64,000 nucleotides of DNA from the human T2T-CHM13v2.0 reference genome, Homo sapiens, in assembly GCF_009914755.1 (NCBI RefSeq), contig NC_060928.1. One strand, 5' to 3'. Position numbers and translations under genes: made by a program. Below the pieces are notes generated by a model. The model was not told the origin of the DNA. It was given only the letters and a program-made list of their open reading frames with translations, and did not search any database. This document shows, one piece after another, positions 1 to 10,742 of the stretch. The first letter of the stretch is position 1. Each line of letters begins with the position of its first letter.

Positions 1-3000
1 TCCAAAAAATGATACAAGAAGTAAAGGGAGAAATATTCAGGGAAATAGATAGCTTAGAGAAAAAACCATCAAAAATTCATGAAACTTTGTATACACTTTT
101 AGAAATGTGAAATGCTCTGGAAAGTCTCAGCAACAGAATTGAACAAGTAGAAGAAAGAAATTTCTAGCTCAAAGACAATGTCTTCAAATTAACCCAATCC
201 AACAAAGAAAAAAGAATAAGAAAATATGAACAAAGCCTCCAAGAAGTCTGGGATTATGTTAAATGAACAAACCTAAGAATAATCGGTGTTTCTTAGGAAG
301 AAGAGAAATCCAAAAATTTAAAAAACATTTTTGGGGGAATAATCAAGGAAAACTTCCCCAGCCTCGCTAGAGACATAGACATCCAAATACCAGAAGCACA
401 AAGAACACCTGAGAAAATCATTGCAAAAAGATCTTCACCTAGGCACATTGTCATCAGGTTATCCAAAGGTGAAGGAAATAATCTTAAGAGCTGTGAGACA
501 GAAGCACCAGGTAACCTATAAAGAAAAACCTATCAGATTAACAGCAGATTTCTCAGCAGAAATCCTACAAGCTAGAAGGGATTGGGGGCCTATCTTCAGC
601 CTCCTCAAACAAAGTAATTATCAGCCAAGAATTTTGTATCCAGCAAAAGTAAGCATCATATATGAAGGAAAGACACAGTCTTTTTCAGATGAACAAGTGC
701 TGAGGGAATTTATCATTACCAAGCCACCACTACAGGAACTGCTAAAAGTACCTCTAAATCTTGAAACAAATCCTGGAAACACATCAAAACAGAACCTCTT
801 TAAAGCATAAATCAGACAGGACCTATAAAACAAAAATACAAGTAAAAAAGCAAAAAACAAATAACCAAAAAAATCAAAGTACATAGGCAACAAAGTGCAC
901 GATGACTGCAATAGTACTTCACATTTCAATACTTACATTGAATGTCAATGATCTAAATGCTCCACTTAAAAGATACAGAACCAGCTTCATCCATGTCCAA
1001 ACTAACACAAGAACAGAAAACCAAACACAGCATGTTCTCACTCATAAGTGGGAGTCGAACAATGAGAACACATGGACACAGCTGTGGGGGGCACATCACA
1101 CAACAGGGCCTGTCAGGGGGTGGGGGCCTGGAGGAGGGATGGCATTAGGAGAAATACCTAATGTAGATGATGGGTTGATGGGTGCCCCAAACCATGGCAT
1201 GTGTATACCCATGTAACAAATCTGCATGTTCTGCACATGTACCCCAGAACTTAAATTATATATATATATATGATACAGAACCGCAGAATGGATAAGAACT
1301 TACCAACCAACTATCTGCTGCATTCGGGAGACTCAGCTAGCACATAAAGACTCACATAACTTAGAGTAAAGGGGTGGAAAAGGACATTTCATGCAAACGG
1401 ACACCAAAAGCGAGCAGGAGTAGCTAATTCTTATATGAGACAAAACAAATTTTAAAGCAACAGCCGTTAGAAGCGACAAAGAGAGACATTATATAGTGGT
1501 AAAAGGCCTTGTCCAACAGGAAAATATCACAATCTTTAACATATATGCACCTAACACTGGAGCTCCCAAATTTATAAAGCAATTACTAATAGACCTAAGG
1601 AATGAGGTAGACAGAAACACAATAATAGTGAAGGACTTCAATACTCCACTGATGGCAACAGACAGGTAATGAAGACAGAAAGTCAACAAAGAAACAATGG
1701 ATTTAAACTATACCTTGGAACAAATGGACTTAACAGATATATACAGAACACTGTATCCAGCAATAGCAGAATACACATTCTATTCAACAGCACATGAAAC
1801 TTTCTCCAAGATACATCATATGATAGGCCATAAAATGAGCCTGAATAAATTTAAGGAAATTGAAATTATATCAAGCACTCTTTCAGACCATAGTAGAATA
1901 AAACTGGAAATCAACTCCCAAAGGAACCTTCAAAACCATGCAAATACATGGAAATTAAATAACCTGCTCCTGAATGAGCATTGGGTCAAAAACAAAATCA
2001 AGATGGAAATTAAAAAATTCTTCGAACCGAACGACAATAATAACACGACCTATCAAAACCTCTGGGATACAGCAAAAGTGGTGCTAAGAGAAAAGTTCAT
2101 AGCCCTAAACACCTACATCAAAAAGACTGAAAGCACAGACAATCTAAGGTCACACCTTATGGAACTGGAGAAACAAGAACAAACCAAACCCAAACCCAAA
2201 CCCAGCAAAAGAAAGGCAATAACCAAGATCAGAGCAGAACTAAGTGAAACTGAAACAAACAAACAAAAAATACAAAAGTTAAATAAAACAAAAAATATAT
2301 TTTTTTCAAAGATATTATCTTTGAAAAGATAAATAAAATTGATAGACCATTGGCAAGACTAATCAAGAAAAGTAGAGAGAAAATCCAAATAACCTCACTA
2401 AGAAACAAAACAGGAGATAGTACAACTGACAACACTGAAATACAAAAGAGCATTCAAGGCTGCTACGAACACCTTTACTCACGTAACTAGAAAACCTAGA
2501 AGAGATGGATAAATTTCTGGAAAAATACAAACCTCCTAGCTTAAATCAGGAAGAATTAGATGCCCTGAACAGACCAATAACAAGCAGTGAGATTGAAATG
2601 GTTAAAAAATTACCACCATCACCACTGACGACAATAACAAAAAATCCAGGACCAGATGGATTCACAACAGAATTCTACCAGACATTCAAAGAAGAATTGG
2701 TACCAATTATTTTGACACTATTCCACAAGATAGAGAAAAACGGAACCCTCCCTAATTCATTCTATGAAGCCAGCATCACCCTATTACCAAAACCAGGAAA
2801 GGATATAACCAAAAATGAAAATTACAGACCAATATCCTTGATGGACATAGATGCTAAAATTATTAATCAAATACTAGCTAACCAAATCCAACAATATATC
2901 AAAAAGATAATCTACCATGATCAAGTGGGTTTCATATCAGGGATGCAGGGATGGTTGAACATCCACAAGTCAATACATGTGATACACCACATAAACAGAA

Positions 3001-5290
3001 TTAAAACAAAAAATCACATGATCATTTCCATAGATGCAGAAAGAGCATTTGACAAAATCCAGCATCCCTTTATTATTAAAACTCTCAGCAAAATTGGCAC
3101 ACAAGGGACATACCTTAATGTAATAAAAGCCATCTATGACAAACCCACAGCCAATATAATACTGAATGGGCAGAAGTTTGAATCATTCCCTTCGAGAACT
3201 GGAACAAGACAAGGATGCCCACTCTCACCACTCCTCTTCAACATAGTACTGGAAGTCCTAGCCAGAGCAATCAGAAAAGAGGAAGAAATAAAGGGCATCC
3301 AAATCAGTAAAGATGAAGTCAAACTGTCACTGTTTGCTGACGCTATGATCATTTACCTTGAAAACCCTAAGGACTCCTCCAGAAAGTGCCTAGAACTGAT
3401 AAAAGAATTCAATAGAGTTTACGGATACAAGAGTAAAGTACACAAATCAGTAGCTCTTCTATACACCAACAGCTACCAAGTGGAGAATCAAATCAAGAAC
3501 TCAACCCCTTTTAAAATAGCTGCAAAAAATAAATAAATAAAATAAAATACTTAGGAATATACCTAACCAAGGAGTCAAAAGACCTCTACAAGGAAAAGCA
3601 CAAAACACTACTGAAAGAAATCATAGACAACACAAACAAATGGAAACACATCCCATGCTCATGGATGGGTAGAATCAATATTGTGAAAATGACCATACTG
3701 CCAAAAGCAATCTACAAATTCAATGCAATTCCCATCAAAATACCACCATAATTATTCACAGAATTAGGAAAAACAATTCTAAAACTCATACAGAACCAAA
3801 AAAGAGCCTGTATAGCCAAAGCAAGACTAAGCAAAAAGAACAAACCTGGAGGCATCACATTACCTGATTTCAAACTGTACTATAAGGCCATAGTCACTAA
3901 TACGGCGTGGTACTGGTACAAAAATAGGCACATAGACCAATGGAACAGAACAGAGAACCCATAAATAGAGCCAACTACTTCCAGTCAACTGATCTTCGAC
4001 AAGGCAAACAAAAAACATACAGTGGGGAAAGGACACCCTTTTCAACAAATGGTGCTGGGGTAATTTGCTAGCCACATGTAGGCAAATGAAACTGGATCCT
4101 CATCTCTCACCTTATACAAAAACCAACTCAAGATGGATTAAGGACTTAATCCTAAGACCTGAAACTATAAAAATTCTAGAAGATAATATTGGAAAAACCC
4201 TTCTAGACATTGGCTTAGCCAAGGATTTCATGATCAAGATCCCAAAAGGAAATGCAATAAAAGCAAAGATAAATAGCCGGGACCTAATTAAACGAAAGAG
4301 CTTTTGCATGGCAAAAGGAACGGTCAGCAGAGAAAACAGACAACCCACAGAGTGGGAGAAAATCTTCACAATGTATATATCTGACAAAGGACTAATATCC
4401 AGAATTTACGACGAACTCAAACAAATCAGTAAGAAAAAAACAAACAATCCCATCAAAAAGTGGGCTTAAGGACATGAATAGACAATTCTCAAAAGAAGAT
4501 ATACAAATGACCAACAAACATGAAAAAATGCCCAACATCACTAATAATCAGGGAAATGTAAATCAAGACCGCAATGAGATACCACCTCACTCCTGCAAGA
4601 ATGGCAATAATCAAAAAAATAATTAAAAAAAGCAGTAGATTTTGGCATGGATGTGTTTGTTAATCAGGGATCACTTCTACACTGCCGGTGGGAATGTAGT
4701 ACAGCCACTACAGAAAATAGTGTGGAGATTCCTTAAAGAGCTAGAAGTAGAACTACAATTTGATCCAGCAATCCCACTACTAGGTATTTACCCAGAGGAA
4801 AATAAGTCATTATTTGAAAAAGATACTTGCACACGCGTGTTTACAGCAGCACAATTCACAATTGCAAAATCGTGGAACCAACCAAAATGACCATCAATAA
4901 ACGAGTGGATAAAGAAACTGTGATATATATATATATGATGGAATACTATGCAGCCATAAAAGGAATGAATTAACAGCATTTGCAGTGACCTGGATGAGAT
5001 CGGAGACTATTATTCTAAATGAATTAACTCAGGAATGGAAAACCAAACATCATATATTCTCACTGATATGTGAGAGCTAAGATATGATGATGCAAAGGCA
5101 TAAGAATGACACAATGGACTTTGGGAACTTGGGGGGAAGAGTGGGAGGGGGGCAAAAAATAGTATATACTGCTCGGGTGATGGGTACATGAACATCTCAC
5201 AAATCACCACCAAAGAACTTACTCATGTAACCAAATACCACCTGTACCACCAAAAACTTATGGAAAAATTAAAAAAAAAAAAAAAAAGAA
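1..5290 (+). mobile_element. Long decayed LINE-1 (L1PB-like) in FREM3 intron 2, antisense to the gene: ORF1 3' part, ORF2, 3' UTR and poly(A)
   Basis: ORF fragments match L1 ORF1p (IRLTADFSAE) and ORF2p endonuclease/RT ([17 protein letters not shown]). The catalytic FADD reads FADA, with many stops and frameshifts. The 3' end has tatactgctcgggtgatggg...aaatcaccac and an A-tract at 5271-5290. Confidence 0.93.
983..1271 (+). mobile_element. Short L1PA-type 3' fragment nested in the older L1, with (TA)n tail and 11-bp TSD
   Basis: L1PA 3' UTR sequence flanked by gatacagaacc at 972-982 and 1272-1282; the host ORF2 resumes afterwards. Confidence 0.9.
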
Positions 5291-5433
5291 ATGCAGCCTT
5301 GTCAAAACCTTGATTCTATTCCAGTAAAGACCATTTTGGATTTCTGAACTCCAGAACTGTAAGATGACAGATTTGCGTTGGTTCAAGCCACTAAGTTTGT
5401 GGTAATTTGTTACAGCAGCAATAGGAAACTAAT
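5291..5433 (+). mobile_element. MLT1-type MaLR LTR, 3' part
   Basis: ccagaactgtaaga...aagccactaagtttgtggtaatttgttacagcagcaataggaaactaata is the characteristic MLT1 end. Confidence 0.8.
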
Positions 5434-6119
5434 AAAATCCTCATAATAATTCTAAGGAACACATGCCATCATTATCTTCAGCTCATAGATGAGCAAACTA
5501 AAGCACAGGCAGTTTCTCAAAGATGCAAGACTACAAGAGTTGAGCTGGGATTTGGACACAGACAGCCTGGGTCCAGAGCCTATTAATTAGAAACCTTCAT
5601 GGTATCACTCTTGAGATTTTAGTAAAGTTGGAGCACTAGGGTCATTTTTGCCAGCATTTCCATTCTTAAGGCCCATGAGCTAAGCTGCAGCATACACCTA
5701 ATGTCCAGTTCTGGAGGCAGGGCAGGGTCTTCTTTTAACAGTTTGAATACTGGTATGGGAAACAACAACATCAACAACAACAACAACATCTCCTTCAGCC
5801 CGATGGTGAAAGATCTATTTCTAGAAGGGTATAATACCTTCTGTTAGTGCTATGTGCTATTAGGAAAAAACAATTATTAATAGATCAAATGGAAATTTTC
5901 AACATTCCATTTGGGAAATCTTTTTAAGGTGAGGGCATTTTGAAAGAAAAAAGATTAAGTCAGCCACTGTAAAGCAATGGATTCATAATATTTCAAAATA
6001 ACAGATAAAAAAATGTTTAAAGTGAGTCCTTTATCAGCTGTTCCAGGAATGCCATCAACAGCAGACATGGATCTTAGCTCCATGCATGGTACATGGAAGG
6101 CAACTGAAAAATTCACTCA

Positions 6120-6285
6120 TTGGGCATGGCAGCACATGCCTGTAGTACCAGCTACTTGAGAGGTGGATGTGGGAGGACCAACTTGAGGCCTAGAGTTCGA
6201 GGTTGCAGTGCACTATGATTGCACCTGTGAATAGCCACTGCATTCCAGCCTGGGCAACATAGAGGAACCCTGTTTCTAGAAAAAA
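6120..6285 (+). mobile_element. Fossil Alu monomer (FAM-like)
   Basis: Single Alu arm retaining the 7SL-like segment cctgtgaatagccactgc, with a short A tail. Confidence 0.75.
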
Positions 6286-6560
6286 TCTTTAAAGAAATGA
6301 TTTTTTAAAATTCCAGTTTGTCCCTGGATCTAAGGGAAAAAAATCCACTGGATAAATGAATGTGCAAATGTTTAATTAGTTTATGTATATGTACTTTAAG
6401 ATACAGCTATGAATGAATGTATCCTCAAATATTTTGGACTCTGTGTTTGATCATTCTTATCACTTTAATTCTCAAGGTGCTTCTTTATCAGGTTAAGAAG
6501 TGCAGTCTTGGCCCTGTTCTCTAACTTTTGTCCACGGCTTCAGCTTCCCAAAGCAGAGTG

Positions 6561-6775
6561 AGTGTATACTGCTCAGGTGATGGGTACATGAAAATCTCAC
6601 AAATCACCACCAAAGAACTTACTCATGTAACCAAACACCACCTGTACCACCAAAAACTTATGGAAAAATTAAAAAAAAAAGAAAGTGCAGCCTTGTCAAA
6701 ACCTTGATTCTATTCCAGTAAGGACCATTTTGGATTTCTGAACTCCAGAACTGTAAGATGACAGATTTGCGTTGG
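6561..6775 (+). repeat. Near-identical direct copy of 5161-5381 (L1 3' end + poly(A) + MLT1 flank)
   Basis: Base-by-base comparison shows about 6 differences plus a shorter A-tract. Confidence 0.95.
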
Positions 6776-7000
6776 CAGTTAAGAGCCCTAGCTTTGGAAT
6801 TGGCAAGACCTGGATTTGATTCCAGTTTACTTGCCTATTACTTGTATGACTTCAGGCAAGTTATTCAACCATGGTGTCTTCATTTTAAAATGGGCATCAT
6901 AACATTTACTTTTTATTTTGTAGTGAGGATCAAAAGTCATAATGTCTTTAGGGACTGGCTAGCTCACAGAAAAAAGTTAAAACATGGTAGCTACATAATA
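6776..7000 (+). mobile_element. MIR SINE
   Basis: gttaagagc...tgacttcaggcaagtta...aaaatggg core. Confidence 0.7.
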
Positions 7001-8364
7001 TTCACCTTACAGTGTCATCACAGACTGATTTTTGTTTGTAACGTTGTCCACAAAGCATAGTGTGAGAGTCAGAGGTGCATCTTTTTAGAGTGACATTCTT
7101 TTCAAAAACAGAAAGGAAAATATTCAATATAAAATATTTGTCTTACATTTATTTATGAACCTGTTTAAAGGTGTAAATTCATCTTTTTAGTAACTTATGG
7201 TTCTTGAGAACTTGGGAAAGGGAAGGAAGATTTGATTTTAAACTTTAAGGGAGAAAATGGATAGGAGGGATCAGTAGTTTCAACTGTAGTTAGTCTCATC
7301 AGAAGGGGAGAAAGTACCTAGTTAATGGGCACCTATCTTTAAATTAATTTTTTTTAAAAAGAACAAGAATCAGGTGAAAGCACCTACTTTTTATGAAGTG
7401 CTTTACATTTATGATCTTAGTCAATCCTCTTAGCAACTCTTTGACATAGGTATGAAGACCACCACTTTATACATGGGGGAATGAATGAAGAGGACAAGGT
7501 CACTTACTCAAGGTCACACGGGACAAGTTGGGATTCAAACCCAGTCAGTATACCATATGGCCTCTCATATAGGACTACTTTACAATAAATTCAGTTCCTG
7601 ACTGATTACACATGATTTAGGCAGAAAATGCAGGTTACTTACTGGGAATGAGTAATGATTTGTATTGAAAGAGGTTACTGAGTGGCAAGCAGCACACAGA
7701 GATAATTTCTGCTATTATCCTGTCATACTGCAAAATGATTTTTCTTCTGACCACATAATCATTGAATCCCTAGGTGTGTAAAGAAAGTGGCTTCTGTTAA
7801 CTAGATGCTGCCCATTATTCTACTTTGAAGTTAATAGTAGACAGACCAAGCTGCAGCATAAACAGGCAGTTTTTAAGTAAGCTTTCCTCTATGCCGGGAG
7901 AAATATATATATATTTACCCCATCCAGAAAGATTTCAAGTCTAAGATCAGGGAGCCATAAGATTCAGTTCTGCAGATAAAAATCCCAACAAAATCTGAAG
8001 ATGTATTTTCTAATTTGTTTCAGAATGATAGAAACCACTAGCTAGATTCACAGAATCTCTTGAAGGTAAGATTCACTTGCCTATATGATGTCACACATGA
8101 TCCAGATCAGATAAAATACTTCACATTTCACTCATCAAATTCCTCATTGCTTTTTCTTCCTAAAAAGTTATTTATCAAGAATCGTTTGGCACAGGACCAT
8201 AAGTGAAACAAAAAGAATTAATTTGTTTGTATTATGACATTATTTATTGTGATTACTTGCTTACATGATGCCTATACTTGCCCAGAAATGATTTAATTTT
8301 TTTTCCAATTTTATGTTGATTTTAGTTAACCATGAATCCTTTTGAAGGGTTTATTATGACTTAC

Positions 8365-8454
8365 CATTGTCTTCAACAGAGAAATAGAAGATGTCCTTTG
8401 ATGCGTTGCTGCCCTCATTCAAGACATAGGATATCTTCATCTCATCAATGTCAG
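8365..8454 (-). CDS. FREM3: FREM3 coding exon 2 (90 nt), encoding (A)[29 protein letters not shown](G)
   Basis: Minus strand reads gcttttttttttag|CTGACATT...GACAATG|gtaagt. The acceptor and donor are strong and phase 1 matches exon 1. The translation completes the CSPG repeat begun in exon 1 (FTQ-ADID...ISY...D.F.FSVED). Confidence 0.95.
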
Positions 8455-8641
8455 CTAAAAAAAAAGCAACCATCACACAAAGTCATATTGGCACAAATGA
8501 AAATGAGTATGTTAACAACTTCAAAGTTTTAATTAGGCATAGAAATACTCCAATTAATAAATTTTAAAATAGTGATTGAGTGAACATGAATCTTCTTAAA
8601 GCTACAATGTCAAAAACAAAACTTTAGTTTGAAATTTGGTC

Positions 8642-9411
8642 TCAATGAGGTACCATCTCACCCCAGTCAGACTGGTGATTATTAAAAAGCCAAAAAATAA
8701 CAGATGCTGGGTGAGATTGTAGAGAAAAAGGAACACTATACATTGTTGGTAGGAGTGTAAATTAGTTCCACCATTGTGGAAAGCAATGTGGAGATTCCTC
8801 AGAGAGCTAAAAACAGAACTATCATTCAACCCAGCAGTCCCATTACTGGGTATACACCCTCAAAATATAAATCATTCTGTCATAAAGACACATGCATGCA
8901 AATGTTCATAGCAGCACTACTCACGATAGCAAAGACATTGAATCAACCTAAATGTCCATCAATGACATCTTGGATAAAGAAAATATATTACATATATACC
9001 ATGGAATCCTATGCAGCCATTAAAAACTAGATCATGTCTTTTGTTGTTCTTCTTCTCGTTGTTGTTTTTTCAGGGACATGGATAGAGCTGGAGGCTATTA
9101 TCCTTCACAAACTAATTCACGAACAGGAAACCAAATACTGCATATTCTCACTTATAAATGGGAATTTATAATAATTCTAAGGGGAGTTCTTAAATGATAA
9201 GAACTCATGAATACAATGAAAGGAACAATCAACAGTGGTGTTTTCTTGAGGGTGGAGGGTAGGAGGAAGGAGCAGAGCAGAAAAGATAACGACTGGGTAC
9301 TGGGCTTAAATACCGGGGTGATGAAATAATCTGTACAACAGACCAGCATGACATGAGTTTAAGTATGTAAGAAACCTTCACATGTACCTCCAAACCTAAA
9401 ATAAAAGTTAA
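8642..9411 (+). mobile_element. L1 3' fragment (older L1PA-type) in intron 1
   Basis: ORF2 C-terminal residues (KDTCMQMFIAALLTIAKT) and L1 3' UTR ending aaataaaagtta. Confidence 0.88.
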
Positions 9412-9821
9412 GAAACCCTGACTTTGTCACAGTGCTACTATGTGCATATTCTCTGGGTGCTGAAGCCCAGCAAGGAGGGCAGTCTAGTTACGTCTGCTTT
9501 ACAACATCCTGGCCCTCTATGGAGAGCCAGGTCTATTTGGTTTTGAATCTTCTGCACAAGTATAGAGCTTGACATAACTGTGGATACTCATGAACTACTT
9601 GTCAAAATGAATTTAAACAAGAATAATTACTGCATCCTAAGAAAAAAGAAAATGAGAATAAAATCATGATTTTTTTTCCTATTGGCTATTCTCTTGGGTA
9701 ATAATTTGTTATGAAGGTCTATAATTATGTTTTTATATTGGTAATTATTAGTATTTTAAAAACAATTTGCTTTCAGGGGTGTTTGTTTATAGAATAATTC
9801 TTATAGAACCACATATGATTT

Positions 9822-9971
9822 TATTGTTTAAAGTTTATATAAGTTTAATATTTGAAAATGTTATCACTGTTGTGATTGCATTCTTTCTTTTTTTGTTGTT
9901 GTTATACTTTAAGTTCTGGGATACATGTGCATAACGTGCAGGTTTGTTACATAGGTATACACGTGCCATGG
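9822..9971 (-). mobile_element. Very short L1PA 3' end with about 60 bp of extra 3' sequence, bounded by a 17-bp TSD
   Basis: agaaccacatatgattt at 9805-9821 and 9972-9988; L1 terminus (ttatactttaagttctggg...gccatgg) at 9902-9971. Confidence 0.85.
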
Positions 9972-10742
9972 AGAACCACATATGATTTCATTTGCTTTAG
10001 AAGCAATTCTGAAAATGTAACCCAACTATTTTTTAAACATGTGTAAGTTTTCCTCTGAGTTTGCATCTAGGTTTACATGTATCATGTGTGGGAAATTTCA
10101 TGCACAGAGCTATCTAAAAAAGTTATGACAACATAAAGAGCATTTAAAAGCCAGTGGGTATCACATCACCTGGGAAAGTAGAGGGACCTGCCTCTAGCTC
10201 ATGATTAGTAGTGACACCAAATATAAAAGAAAAAATAATCTCAGGCAAACATAGTTCTGTGCTTTTATTAGACGTAGAAATTACGTTTGAATAGTATAAT
10301 AAAAATGAACAATGTAGGAATTTATATCCAAAATCTAGATACCAAACATCTTCAAAAACCTGGACTTACTAATAACTATACAAATGATTTCTATATGTCA
10401 TTCTTAAAATTCAAAATCAATCTGATATTATCAGAATTAATATAATGTTATCTTCTAATATTTCAGAAGCAGAAGCTGTCCTCCCGTGTTTAGCAGTTTT
10501 AAGGTATAACTACAACTTTATGAAATATCTGTGAGTTTCTGTTAAATGGGCATTCTGATGAAATTGATGAAAAAGGACTTGTTGCCTTTTTTGTTTTTGG
10601 AATAGTTTCACGCTTCACTGTATTTTATTAGAACAAGAATCTTACTGCAAATGGCTGAGATCAGGACAATTTTACACAAAGCTGAGAGATCTGATCCAAT
10701 GAAGGAGAGGGACAGAATAGGCAGGGAAGAATACATACTAAC

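Larger units (their letters stand above)
8455..10742 (-). other. FREM3: FREM3 intron 1 (2,288 nt, GT-AG)
   Basis: Bounded by the exon 1 donor and exon 2 acceptor identified above. Confidence 0.92.

Noticed and set aside
421-4890. Reverse transcriptase and endonuclease ORFs as genes
   Set aside because: Fragments of a dead L1 with frameshifts, stops and a mutated catalytic motif.
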